Below, piece by piece: positions 19,155 through 29,085 of a stretch of DNA of 64,000 bases. Location: positions 39,464 to 103,463 of IMG/VR virus record IMGVR_UViG_3300045911_000130; one strand, written 5' to 3'. Each line of letters opens with the position of its first letter. Within the stretch, counting starts at the first letter, position 1. Below the pieces are notes generated by a model that was not told the DNA's origin, searched no databases, and saw nothing but the letters and a program-made list of their open reading frames with translations. The translations under genes were made by a program, and so were the position numbers. Source of the DNA: a virus.

Positions 19155-21343
19155 TGGGAAACATGTTCACACCCCCACGCAGCCAAGATATTCTTGGCCC
19201 TTTTGCATCGCCGTATGAACAGCCTACCGTTCAACGCCTTCAACCGACCGGCAATGAAGGCGAAGGGACGGCCCTGGGGATGTTTGCTACGTCATTTCTG
19301 GAGGGATTCCGGCAGTCCAAATTGCAAAAGATGCAGCAGCAGGAAAACGCACTGATCCGCAATGTCAAACTGGCGGAAGCGGACCTGAATGCCATCATGG
19401 CAGACGAGAACATTGCTCCCGAAGCGAAGGAGCAAGCTCGTCGCGCTTATCAGCAGTACATCGGCAATGCGCTTGCGACAAACACAGCTAAAGGCGCAAA
19501 GAAGAATCCCATTGTGGGATTTATCAATCAATTTGCTCAGGGCCTCACTGGCGGCCAAGTACAAGACAAGGCCGCGCAGAGCGATCCGAATGAATTTTTC
19601 CGGCTAACTTCAGAGCTTCGTACAAATCCCGAATACAGCATCAAGAATCGTCGCGAAATGGCGCGTAAGCAACTTGGCGATGCTTACAGCCAGATCATGA
19701 AGATGGGCGAGGCGGGCCCCTACACCACGCTCAACGATGCGCTGCAAGACGCAAATTTCCGGCAAGCCTACGAGGCCGCGCAAAATGCCGGGCTCGATCC
19801 CACGCAAGACGCTCGATTGGTGTTCGCCGGGCAGCCTCGCACGACAGAAGAGCAAATTCTTCGGCTTCGCGCCATCGACAACTTCAAGCAGATGCGCCAG
19901 TCTCAGCAGCAGGCCGAGCAGCAAGCGCAGCAGCAGCAATTCCAGCAGGGGATGGCGCAGTTGGACCCAGTATCTGCTTCGGCGACTATGATCGGGGCTG
20001 GACCCATGATTGCCGCTGCGCGGGCGGCTACGCAACCGCCTCCGACTCCGCCAAGCATGGCAGCGACTACTCCACCGTCTCCGGCAGCCGGACAGCTGTT
20101 TCGTTCCGGTGGCGTAACACTTCGACCGCTGGCGGCTCCGCAGCCCACCAAACAACAGCTTGAGCAGGCGAAAATGACGGGCCGCTCAACGTTTGAAACC
20201 TTCTATGACCCGACTACCAAGCAGCCGGTTACGCTCATGGTGGTGCAAGACAAACTGGGCCAGTGGGACGGCATCTACGACCCGCAGTCCGGGCAGCGTG
20301 TTGATCCGTCCAATCTCAGCAAGGACGTGCCTAAGGGCGGCGGTCCCCCCGACCCGGAAGATATCGCGTCCAACAAGCAACTTGTGCGAACCATTTTGCA
20401 GGGGGCTCGTGACGCAGGCGTCATTAAGCAATTGGATGCCGACCGCTTGCTGGGGACGGCGGACTCGCAGATTGATCGCGGGCAATTCGACAAGGCTCTT
20501 GGGTTTATCAATCAATTCATCTCGATGCAAGAGGCCGCCGCAAGCCGGAAGGCCGACCGTGAAAGCGCAGCATCGAACGCCAACGCCATGCGTCAATTTG
20601 GACAGCAGATGCAGAGGCTCAATTTTGGCCTTAGCCTAGACAAGGCGTTCGATTCTTCGCCAACGGGCAAAGGCTTCATTGCGGTTGCCGATTCGCTCGG
20701 GCGGGCGAAAAATATGATTGAAATGGCGCTAACGAATCCTAGCCAATATGATACGGCTCAAGTCCATTCGGCCATTTTGACAGCGTTTGCCAAAATGCAA
20801 GACCCTAACTCGGTTGTTCGTCCATCGGAATTCGATGAAGCAGCAAAGACTCTAGGCTACGTCAACTATAACTTTAACCGTCTGAAAGGGGAGCTTGCGG
20901 GGCGTGGGAATACGCGCATGACCCCTCAGGATATGCAGAAGTTTTTGCATGTTATGGAAGTCGCCGCCAAGATCGGTTATAAGAACGCCGAGAAGAAAGC
21001 CGAATCCTACGTCAAGATGGGCCAAGCCGCTGGTTTGCCTACTACACTGGACAGTTTCCCGGCCATTCAAGTTTTCCGTGAGCAGTTCCCTGAAGTTGTG
21101 CAGCAGGTTGAGGCGGAACGTCGCGTCAAATCCGCAACGCCGCCGTCGAGGCCAAACCCGCGCCCGGCTCCAGCAAACAACGCAACTCCGCCAATAGATC
21201 CGAATTCGCCTCAGGCCAAGCAGCGCGTCAATCCTTGGGTGATTCGCGTTCCGCAGCCCACCCCTGACGGTGCAGGCGCGGCTCCGGCTCAACCCACGGC
21301 TCCAGCGCCCGCTCAGCCTGGGAGACAGTTGAGGGCCTTCTAA
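19154..21343 (+). CDS. Internal virion / DNA ejection protein 2
   Basis: 729 aa helical; 'FAKMQDPNSVVRPSEF' motif seen in podovirus ejection proteins. Confidence 0.65.
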   Translation: MGNMFTPPRSQDILGPFASPYEQPTVQRLQPTGNEGEGTALGMFATSFLEGFRQSKLQKMQQQENALIRNVKLAEADLNAIMADENIAPEAKEQARRAYQQYIGNALATNTAKGAKKNPIVGFINQFAQGLTGGQVQDKAAQSDPNEFFRLTSELRTNPEYSIKNRREMARKQLGDAYSQIMKMGEAGPYTTLNDALQDANFRQAYEAAQNAGLDPTQDARLVFAGQPRTTEEQILRLRAIDNFKQMRQSQQQAEQQAQQQQFQQGMAQLDPVSASATMIGAGPMIAAARAATQPPPTPPSMAATTPPSPAAGQLFRSGGVTLRPLAAPQPTKQQLEQAKMTGRSTFETFYDPTTKQPVTLMVVQDKLGQWDGIYDPQSGQRVDPSNLSKDVPKGGGPPDPEDIASNKQLVRTILQGARDAGVIKQLDADRLLGTADSQIDRGQFDKALGFINQFISMQEAAASRKADRESAASNANAMRQFGQQMQRLNFGLSLDKAFDSSPTGKGFIAVADSLGRAKNMIEMALTNPSQYDTAQVHSAILTAFAKMQDPNSVVRPSEFDEAAKTLGYVNYNFNRLKGELAGRGNTRMTPQDMQKFLHVMEVAAKIGYKNAEKKAESYVKMGQAAGLPTTLDSFPAIQVFREQFPEVVQQVEAERRVKSATPPSRPNPRPAPANNATPPIDPNSPQAKQRVNPWVIRVPQPTPDGAGAAPAQPTAPAPAQPGRQLRAF

Positions 21344-23220
21344 TGCCCAAAGTCAAAAGCCTCACGACTGGCAATGTATTGACTGAATTTGAAGCGGCAA
21401 AGAAGTTCCGCGAATCTCCAGATTTGCCGGATACTTACAAGGCGATGTCGAACGCCAATATGCTGCGTGCGATTACTAGGGATTATGGCGACCAATATGA
21501 GATGGTCCCAGATGATCCTCCGGCGCGGCAGACGAATCCGGCGGCATTTACGCGGGAAAGTATTGGTCAAGACATTGCCGAAGGCGGCTGGGGCTATCTT
21601 CGAGCGCCCGCCAAACTTGGCGCAAACATCGTTTCCAGTGTGGGCAATCAGGTGTATCAGGTCGTAAGCGCACTGCCCGATCTTGCCAAATTGCCCATCG
21701 ACAAGAGCCAAGCCCGGATGCGGCATCAATTCCTTACGCAAACGCGCCAAGGTTTGGACCGCAACGATCCGAACTATCAAGCTGTTTTAGCCGAAGAGGC
21801 GCAAGCTCGCAAGGATGCGGCGTTCCCGACCATCGGCGAAATTTGGGATGCACTCTCCGCTGACTACAAGCAAAGATACGGTAGCCTGGATGGCTTCAGC
21901 CGGGCAATCATCGAAGATCCAGCCTCTGTGGCGGCAGACATCGCGACTGTAGCGACCGGCGTGGGCGCGGCAGCCCGAGGCGTGCAATTGGCATCGAAGG
22001 GCGCTGCTGGAATGAAAGCGGCGCAAGTCGCAACTCAGGCCAACCGTATGGCAAGCGCCGTTGATCCGTTCAATGCCGTAGCGGCGGCGGGGAAGTCAGT
22101 GATTCCGTTTCGCAAAGACATAGCGCGTGCTGCGTACAAAACGGCGCTTGACGTTGGATTCCGCGATCCTAGCCGACTCGCTTCGGTGGCCGATACCGGC
22201 CTGGAGCACGGCATTGTCGTCGCCAAACAGGATGAAAGCACGAAGATGAATCCGTTGCGCAGGCTGGTAGGAGATGCTGAAGTGGTTCCGAGCCGGGCAC
22301 GCGCCGAAGGGCGAATCAAAGAACTCACTAAGCAAGTTGACGACATCGTGGCGAACGCTCAACAGGGCGGCGCGTCTATCAATACGCAAGATATGGTTAA
22401 TCGCATCGAAAACGAGCTTGTATCTATGCGTAGAACAATGTCTGGGAGGCAGCAAAGTGATGTTATTTTCAAAAATATCGATAGGTGGCTAGAGGATAAC
22501 AATCTTGTTGGCAGGGATGCGGCTGGAAATGTTGTTCGGGATGCTCAAGGCAGGCCCTTGCAGTATCTTCCTATGTCGCCAGAGCAAGCACTTGATTTGC
22601 GCAGGGCATTGACGGCTGATTTACAGCAGCCCTTGAATCGCGTGGCGCAGAGCAGCCCGATGTCTCCATATGAGATTCGTAGTACGCTTCGCGGCGACGA
22701 AATGGCCCGCCGCGAACTTGTAGGAGAATTGAATAAGATCGATCCGTCTTTGGCTGAAATCGGCATGGAGCAGCGCGATCTTATCGACATCATGAATTCC
22801 ATCGATACGCTGCGTGGCAAGAAGTCGGGCGTCGTAGACTCGCGTGACGTGTATGCCGCTCGTGGTGCGGTTAGTGGTGCCAACACGGTCTACAACACGA
22901 TCACACTGGCAACACGTCTATTACAGCTTCCTGGGGTGCTTAGCACGCTGGCGATTAAGCTGCATCAACGTGGGATTAAGCCAAATACGCGCTTGCAGAA
23001 TATCGTCCGGCAGGCTGGCTTTAACTTGGCGCGATTTAATCAGGCGGCGGAGACGGGTGAAGCAAAGAACCTGGAAGCACTGGAATCCGGGCAAACTTTG
23101 CCTGCCGGTAAAGTCAAAATCGACCTTCTGAAAGCCCGCGAAAATCCGTATGGGGCAGTTACTCAAGTGCCTCCTACGCAAGCGCCTCCAGAAAAACCAG
23201 AGAGGAATCCGTATCGGTAA
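21343..23220 (+). CDS. Internal virion / DNA ejection protein 3
   Basis: 625 aa, Ala-rich helical; 'YKQRYGS..GF.RAI.EDP..VAAD'; TAATG coupling. Confidence 0.6.
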   Translation: MPKVKSLTTGNVLTEFEAAKKFRESPDLPDTYKAMSNANMLRAITRDYGDQYEMVPDDPPARQTNPAAFTRESIGQDIAEGGWGYLRAPAKLGANIVSSVGNQVYQVVSALPDLAKLPIDKSQARMRHQFLTQTRQGLDRNDPNYQAVLAEEAQARKDAAFPTIGEIWDALSADYKQRYGSLDGFSRAIIEDPASVAADIATVATGVGAAARGVQLASKGAAGMKAAQVATQANRMASAVDPFNAVAAAGKSVIPFRKDIARAAYKTALDVGFRDPSRLASVADTGLEHGIVVAKQDESTKMNPLRRLVGDAEVVPSRARAEGRIKELTKQVDDIVANAQQGGASINTQDMVNRIENELVSMRRTMSGRQQSDVIFKNIDRWLEDNNLVGRDAAGNVVRDAQGRPLQYLPMSPEQALDLRRALTADLQQPLNRVAQSSPMSPYEIRSTLRGDEMARRELVGELNKIDPSLAEIGMEQRDLIDIMNSIDTLRGKKSGVVDSRDVYAARGAVSGANTVYNTITLATRLLQLPGVLSTLAIKLHQRGIKPNTRLQNIVRQAGFNLARFNQAAETGEAKNLEALESGQTLPAGKVKIDLLKARENPYGAVTQVPPTQAPPEKPERNPYR

Positions 23221-26200
23221 TGGCTGACACTACTGCACTGATAAAGGGAACGCCTCTCGATGATACAGGCAAAGCAACCTTATACGATAAGTTCTATGCG
23301 TCTAAAAGTTCGCAGGAATTGACATCGTATCTGGATAGCACGCCTCTGCCCAAAGAGGTTAAGGCACAGCTATGGGATCAATGGAATACGGAAGTCAAGC
23401 CGTATTATGCCAAGCAGTCTGCCGGTGGTGCGGCTCCTGTAGCTCCAGTAAATCCGCCTGAAAAGCCGGGCGTATTGTCTTCATTGGCGCGTGGCGCGGT
23501 GTCCGGTGTCGTTCAGGGCACGATGGGCACTATTGGCGGTCTTGCGCAACTTGCGGGCGATGTTACCGGCATCGAAGGCTTGCAGAAGCTTGGGCAAGAA
23601 TATACCGGAACGGCGGAAACCCTGGGGCGTGAAATCTACGGCCAGCAGGGGGAAAACCGCGTCGGCGGATTTGCCCAGCGTGGCGCGGAAGTGTTCACCG
23701 ATCCTTCCTGGTGGGCTCAGACCGCCGGGGAAGGCATGGGCAACTTGCTGACTATGATCGCCTCCGGTGGCGTCACAAAAGCCGCTATCGATCAGGCCAT
23801 CAAGCGCGGTTTGGTGACAGGGACCGCCGCCAAATTCGCTCAGAGCAATGCGCCTGCCATCGTTGCCGGTGGCGTGGGCGGCGTGCAGGCGGCGGCCAAC
23901 ACGTATGCGCAAGCCAAGGCGTCTGGTGCCGATGATGCAACGGCGCTTAAGGCCGCCGGGATGGACTTTGTGCAGAATGCCGCTTTGGGTGCAGCCGGGG
24001 CGAAAATGGGCATGTTCGGCGGCGGATCGCGTGGAGCCACGGTTGCTCGTACCGCTGTGGCGGAGCCCGCTACCAACGTGGCGCAGGCTGGCTTGTCCAA
24101 TTTGATTGCACAGCAGACGTTCGACCCAAATCGCAGCCTTCAGGAAGGCGTGGTCGAAGGTGTCGTCCAAGGCGCGGCGGCGGCTGTGCCTGGAGGGGTG
24201 GCGGGATCGAAGATTCAAGCCCGCAGGCCGCAGGCGGACGCAATAGTCCAAGAGCTTGCGCCAATTGTCCAGAACGCGGCGACGATGGATGTCGCGGCGG
24301 CTGAAGGTGTCATTGCCAAGGCAATCGACACGCTCGATACACTCGTTCCGGGAACGCCGGAATATCAGGCCGTGGTCGATGCCGCGACTCAGGCTGAGAC
24401 GGCGCTGACCCAACGTGTCCAGACTGAAACCCGCCGGGCGGATCAAGACCGGCTGAAGCAAAGCCTGCAAGCTCGACAGGCGCTTCGCAATGCGAAAGTA
24501 CCCGATGCGCCGCCGGAGCGACCTTCGACCGCATTGGAATCAGCAAGCGTGTTGATGGGAGTGCCGGAAGGCGACCTGCAACGCATGGCAGCCCCTCCGC
24601 CGCCGGAGACGCCGGGGCCGTTGCCGGATAGCGTTCCTCCGATGGCCGGGGCCGTTGGCCCAGCGCCCGCACGTCCAGCGCCGGGCATCCGGGCGACCGG
24701 CGCAGAGGCGATTCCCGTCCGGCCAGAGGCGCAGATTCAGGGCGGACGCATCCCATTGCCGGAGCCCGCGCCGCCGCCGGAGCCTGTCACTTTGCCGCAA
24801 AACGTCCCGCCGATGGCTACGGAAGTCATCATGCCTCGACCGGCCACGCCGGAAGCACGTCTACTGCAAGGCACCGTCGAACCCATCGCGCCGCGCCGCG
24901 CAACGTTTCAAGGTCGGGAAATTGCTGTGCCAGAGCCACCGCCGAGAAGACCAGCGCCTGAGCCGTTGCCGGATAGCGTTCCTCCGATGGCGGGCGTAGT
25001 TATGCCAAAGCCTAAGGCGGCACAAACCGGCATGAAAGCGCCGGAGCCCAAACCTATGGAGTCGGGCCAATCCGCTCGCCTCAAGGGACAAGAGATCCCA
25101 ATACCCAAGCAAGTAAAGAAGACGCCGGAAGATGTTGGGCCGCCTTCCGAAATTGCGCCGCCGCTGGCGCGTGCGATATTGCCCGAGCCGATGAAGGGTA
25201 GCGCGAAGATGAAAGTCACGGAGCCGACTCCGATGGAGACGGCGGCCAAACCAAAAATACCGGATGCTGGTGGCAAACTCGCCAAGCTTACTCCAGCCAA
25301 AGAGGTCAAGCCTTCCGGGGATGATTCCAAGGTCGAAGAGCCTGGGACGGTGAAGCTGAAATCAGAGCCAGTGGAAAAGCCTGTGGGAATTGCGGAAAAA
25401 ACTGACGGCGAGCAACCATTGCGCGACGACCGGACCATGAGCATGTTCGGCGAAGACGAACGAAGCGATGCTGAATTGCAGGCGCAGGATATCGCGCGTA
25501 ACCGGGGCGAAGAACTTAAAGCAGTCCGGGCCGAGGCCGCTGAAAATGTAGCGGGCGTCGGCGGCGTGCCAGGCAGCAAAAGCACGCCATATGCAGAGCC
25601 TTACAAGGCGGCCAGGGTTCCGGTCGCCGATATTGCAGTTCACCCAGAAGACTTCCAGTACAAAGCGATCACCGATATGGAATCGGGGACGGGCGAAGCG
25701 CTGAAAGGCGTGAAGCAATGGGATGAAGACAAGGCCGGTGTCATTTCATTGTGGTATGACCCGGTGCGCAAAGAAAACGTAGTCATTAATGGGCATCATC
25801 GTTTGGCACTTGCCAAGCGTGTCGGGCAAAAAGACGTGCTGGTCAAATACATCCGTGCCGACAGCCCTGCGGAGGCTCGTATCATTGGGGCTCTCATTAA
25901 CATTGCCGACGACAAAGGAACCGCGATGGACGCGGCGCGTATCATGCGCGAGGTCAAGATGGACCCCAAGCTATTTGACATGAATCGCTTGGACATCGAA
26001 GGCCGCGTGGCGAGCGATGGCTTGGGGCTTGCCAATTTGACCGATAGTATGTGGCGGCGCGTAGAGACTGGCGAGATCCCGCCGGACGCTGGCGCTGTGA
26101 TCGGGAAGTACCTGGACGCAGGGAGGCAGGCCGACTTCTGGAACTTTTTACGCAAAGAGAATGAAACGGCGCGTGATATGATTCTCAATAACAGGCGGCG

Positions 26201-27254
26201 GTTGAAGTCGCTTGTAGACCGCGCAAACGCCGCAACCGAGAAGGAGGTAGTAAGCGATCAAGGCAATCTGTTCGGCATGGGCGAGATTCGGAGTTCGTTT
26301 AAGGAAGAAGCCGACCTTGTTGATTATGTCAGTGAACGTTTAAGCACGGACAAAAAGCTATTTTCGATGGTGTCCAATTCGCGCAACGCTCAACAGTTGA
26401 TGGAGAGCGGGAACGTATTGGATATGTCGCAGAATGAGCGCAAGAAGGCGCTGGAAGCTGCAATCAAACGCGGGTTCAATAAGCTTTCTAACTTGTCCGG
26501 GCCGTTAAATCGAATGATCCAACAGAACGCGGTAAAACTGATGGATGAAACGTTGACTCAGAAGCAGGCAGCCGAGATCCGAGAACGCAGTTATGAAGAA
26601 GCCAGACGAATCCTCGTCAAAGAACTTGGCCTCGAACGCGATTCGGGGACTGAGGGAGCACCTGCAATTCAACGACCGGCTGGGGATCAAGGGCAGACCG
26701 GGCGCGGAAATCCGCCTGAGGAAAGACGATCCGAAAGACGATCCGCCGAAGAGCCAGAAGAAATCGTGGAAGGAAGAAGAGTAAAGGGGCCGCCGGTAGA
26801 AGTGGCTCAGCCTGAGATCGAGAAGATCGAAAAAAATATCGACGCCAGACAGCTTGATAGGTCGATGAAGAAGGCGGAGGATGAATTCTCTGAACTTACT
26901 GCATCTGGTCAGGCTGAGTACTTAAAGAAAAAGCTGGAACCGATCTACAAAGACGCGCAGAATCGCATTAAGCTTTATAAGGTTGATACCGCGCTTAGGG
27001 ATAGGGGCTTGCAGTATCTATTAGGCGGCAAGAAGCTTAACGCCAACGAAGTGGCAAAACTGGAACGCGATGCTTTGGTCATGCTTCAGGATTTGACAGA
27101 AGTATATCGGTACAAGCTGTTGGTCGAAAATAAGCAGCCAAGCGATATTATTGCCGAGATGGGTAAGGAAATCGGCAGAAGCTTGAATAAGATAGCCAAG
27201 CAAATCGAAGATTGGGAGCAAACGACTTACCGCAACGTAGTTTTCGGGGGATGA
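23220..27254 (+). CDS. Large ejection / polyvalent protein with Pro-rich repeats and a ParB/Srx-like domain
   Basis: Gly/Ala-rich N-terminus, 'LPDSVPPMAG'-like repeats, 'VVINGHHRLALAKR' ParB motif. Confidence 0.65.
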   Translation: MADTTALIKGTPLDDTGKATLYDKFYASKSSQELTSYLDSTPLPKEVKAQLWDQWNTEVKPYYAKQSAGGAAPVAPVNPPEKPGVLSSLARGAVSGVVQGTMGTIGGLAQLAGDVTGIEGLQKLGQEYTGTAETLGREIYGQQGENRVGGFAQRGAEVFTDPSWWAQTAGEGMGNLLTMIASGGVTKAAIDQAIKRGLVTGTAAKFAQSNAPAIVAGGVGGVQAAANTYAQAKASGADDATALKAAGMDFVQNAALGAAGAKMGMFGGGSRGATVARTAVAEPATNVAQAGLSNLIAQQTFDPNRSLQEGVVEGVVQGAAAAVPGGVAGSKIQARRPQADAIVQELAPIVQNAATMDVAAAEGVIAKAIDTLDTLVPGTPEYQAVVDAATQAETALTQRVQTETRRADQDRLKQSLQARQALRNAKVPDAPPERPSTALESASVLMGVPEGDLQRMAAPPPPETPGPLPDSVPPMAGAVGPAPARPAPGIRATGAEAIPVRPEAQIQGGRIPLPEPAPPPEPVTLPQNVPPMATEVIMPRPATPEARLLQGTVEPIAPRRATFQGREIAVPEPPPRRPAPEPLPDSVPPMAGVVMPKPKAAQTGMKAPEPKPMESGQSARLKGQEIPIPKQVKKTPEDVGPPSEIAPPLARAILPEPMKGSAKMKVTEPTPMETAAKPKIPDAGGKLAKLTPAKEVKPSGDDSKVEEPGTVKLKSEPVEKPVGIAEKTDGEQPLRDDRTMSMFGEDERSDAELQAQDIARNRGEELKAVRAEAAENVAGVGGVPGSKSTPYAEPYKAARVPVADIAVHPEDFQYKAITDMESGTGEALKGVKQWDEDKAGVISLWYDPVRKENVVINGHHRLALAKRVGQKDVLVKYIRADSPAEARIIGALINIADDKGTAMDAARIMREVKMDPKLFDMNRLDIEGRVASDGLGLANLTDSMWRRVETGEIPPDAGAVIGKYLDAGRQADFWNFLRKENETARDMILNNRRRLKSLVDRANAATEKEVVSDQGNLFGMGEIRSSFKEEADLVDYVSERLSTDKKLFSMVSNSRNAQQLMESGNVLDMSQNERKKALEAAIKRGFNKLSNLSGPLNRMIQQNAVKLMDETLTQKQAAEIRERSYEEARRILVKELGLERDSGTEGAPAIQRPAGDQGQTGRGNPPEERRSERRSAEEPEEIVEGRRVKGPPVEVAQPEIEKIEKNIDARQLDRSMKKAEDEFSELTASGQAEYLKKKLEPIYKDAQNRIKLYKVDTALRDRGLQYLLGGKKLNANEVAKLERDALVMLQDLTEVYRYKLLVENKQPSDIIAEMGKEIGRSLNKIAKQIEDWEQTTYRNVVFGG

Positions 27255-27255
27255 T

Positions 27256-27411
27256 ATGCCACTTGGAAGAAAACGCATCCTAAAACCAACCGGCCAACTC
27301 AGCAGCAGCGAATCTGCCAAAGTGCAGGCCATCTTGCAGTATACGCGCAAGATGGGTAAGATCATTTTGCAGACACCGCCGGTAATGCGAAAGACGAAAG
27401 GCAGCCGATGA
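27256..27411 (+). CDS. Small basic protein, 51 aa (not in ORF track)
   Basis: MPLGRKRILKPTGQ...KTKGSR; starts 1 nt after the previous stop, ATGA overlap with the next gene. Confidence 0.55.
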   Translation: MPLGRKRILKPTGQLSSSESAKVQAILQYTRKMGKIILQTPPVMRKTKGSR

Positions 27412-27776
27412 CCTTCCAGGACATTATGGGCATGACCGCAAGTGGCCCAGCGAGCGTGCCCATGTACAAAGCGACCATCGTGCCAACACAGCAGGCGGCG
27501 AATCCACAAGTTGATACGATGCAGGTGTCCAATGACGGTGGTTTGGGCCAGTTCGCGCAATCGGCGGTCGGGCTGGGAAGTAGCGTGGCAAACATTATCC
27601 GGCAGAAGTCGGGGATGAAGAACACGCAATCACAGATGGGAAAATTTGCTTTTGACGCGGCGCAGAAGCGCTCGCAGAAGATCAACAAGGGATGGCAGTA
27701 TGGTGGCGACTTGACCGCATCACAGCCATCGCAGAGCCCCACTAGGCAAACAGGAGGAACTTCCAATGGGTTTTGA
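27408..27776 (+). CDS. Hypothetical Gln-rich protein
   Basis: 122 aa; N-terminus similar to the next gene. Confidence 0.6.
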   Translation: MTFQDIMGMTASGPASVPMYKATIVPTQQAANPQVDTMQVSNDGGLGQFAQSAVGLGSSVANIIRQKSGMKNTQSQMGKFAFDAAQKRSQKINKGWQYGGDLTASQPSQSPTRQTGGTSNGF

Positions 27777-28194
27777 GGACATCATTAAAATGACCGGCGC
27801 GGGGCCGGTAAACCCGCCAAGTCCGATGGCGCAATTTACGCAGCGAGCCGTCCCGCAGCGTCCAGTGTCTCAGGTCGTCGATCCGTCGATTCCGCCGCAG
27901 CAGCCGCAGCAGCCGCAGCAGGTAGCCGATGCCAGTTTGCTTGATCGGGCGAAGCAAGTATTTCAGGATTTTTTGTTCGGCCAGAAGGCGCTGCGAAAAG
28001 CGTCCGGCCAACCTGAACCCTACAAAACGACGCCACAGCCAGATTTTGCTCCTGGTCAATATGAGCAAAGTGTGCGACAATACCAACAGGACGCGGATCG
28101 AGCGCTTGGAAAGAAGCGAACTCCCAGTCCGGCGGCCAGCCCGAAGCCGAGCGCCGCGCCGAAGAAAACCGTTACGGCGCGACCTACAAAATAG
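27766..28194 (+). CDS. Hypothetical Pro/Gln-rich protein
   Basis: SD AGGAGG; 142 aa; last gene before the terminator. Confidence 0.65.
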   Translation: MGFEDIIKMTGAGPVNPPSPMAQFTQRAVPQRPVSQVVDPSIPPQQPQQPQQVADASLLDRAKQVFQDFLFGQKALRKASGQPEPYKTTPQPDFAPGQYEQSVRQYQQDADRALGKKRTPSPAASPKPSAAPKKTVTARPTK

Positions 28195-28233
28195 GCACAC
28201 ACAAAACAAGCAGCACTCTGTACTCAACCCCAA

Positions 28234-28277
28234 ACACCAAAAGGCCCACAATCGAAAGACTGTGGGCCTTTTGGTGT
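28234..28277. terminator. Probable bidirectional intrinsic terminator
   Basis: 17-bp perfect inverted repeat ACACCAAAAGGCCCACA/TGTGGGCCTTTTGGTGT between convergent genes. Confidence 0.75.
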
Positions 28278-28291
28278 GCGCTAGTGGAGAC

Positions 28292-28450
28292 CTAGCGGCG
28301 AGGCTTGCGTTTGACCTTTTCCGGTAACCGCTTGGTTTTACCCCGGCTGGCTTCAATGAACTCGCGTCCAACGGATCGTTTGATGCCTGGAACACGGCCC
28401 TCAGAGGCGGCGGCCATAAGGCGGAATTGGGCTTTACTTTTGGCGGGCAT
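28292..28450 (-). CDS. Small basic phage protein (MPAKSKAQ type), leaderless
   Basis: MPAKSKAQFRLMAAASEG...; promoter TTGCCG-N17-TACAGT ends 6 nt before the ATG. Confidence 0.65.
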   Translation of the reverse strand: MPAKSKAQFRLMAAASEGRVPGIKRSVGREFIEASRGKTKRLPEKVKRKPRR

Positions 28451-28524
28451 GGGTTCACTGTAGCCGAAAAGCAAACCGGCGGCAAGCCAAAGCCTGCCGC
28501 CGGTGAAAATTATGCGGAATTGAG

Positions 28525-28854
28525 TTAAATTGAGGGCGACGGCGCGGATTTGGGGCGCGGAGCGCTGATCGTGATAACCAAGCCGACAGGGGTTTCATCG
28601 ACCGTTACATCCACTTCGATGTGTTCGGAGAGGGAGCCAGAGGCGACGACCAAGCTCGTTTTCCCGGCGCGGATCGCGCGGAGAGTGGCCTTCGCGGTGT
28701 TGTCGGGATCGATGATGAGATCGGCAACCGAAGAATTCAGCAGCGTGAAACTGACGGGGCCGGGCAGTTGAACGGGAGCGCCGGATTGAGAGCGAGCGCC
28801 TTCCACAAGCACATCGATTTCCTCGGTATCCTTGAATGCGGCGATATAAACCAT
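28525..28854 (-). CDS. Single Ig-like (Big_2-like) domain protein
   Basis: 'VSFTLLNSSVA.L......ATLRAIRAGKTSLVVASG...IEVDVTV'; SD AAGGAG before ATG 28854. Confidence 0.6.
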   Translation of the reverse strand: MVYIAAFKDTEEIDVLVEGARSQSGAPVQLPGPVSFTLLNSSVADLIIDPDNTAKATLRAIRAGKTSLVVASGSLSEHIEVDVTVDETPVGLVITISAPRPKSAPSPSI

Positions 28855-28856
28855 AG

Positions 28857-28985
28857 TTACTTCTCCTTGATTGGTCTGGGTTGCCCGATACTGATAATCA
28901 GCCGGGCCGGTTTGCGGTGCCATCTCCAAAGCCCCACGATGGCGGCTATGGCGACGGCGATTGCAATGCTCTTCAAGTATGACAT
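28857..28985 (-). CDS. 42-aa single-TM peptide (not in ORF track)
   Basis: MSYLKSIAIAVAIAAIVGLWRWHRKPARLIISIGQPRPIKEK; stop 2 nt before the Ig gene start. Confidence 0.55.
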   Translation of the reverse strand: MSYLKSIAIAVAIAAIVGLWRWHRKPARLIISIGQPRPIKEK

Positions 28986-29017
28986 GAGCTACCTATATTC
29001 TATGACGAGACAAAACG

Positions 29018-29052
29018 AAAAGCCGATGAAAATTGCGTTTCACCGGCTTTTT
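29018..29052 (-). terminator. Intrinsic terminator after the PEP-CTERM gene
   Basis: Minus strand AAAAGCCGGTGAAA-loop-TTTCATCGGCTTTT. Confidence 0.6.
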
Positions 29053-29085
29053 GGGGACGATTTGGGACGAGAAAAATCAGAACTA

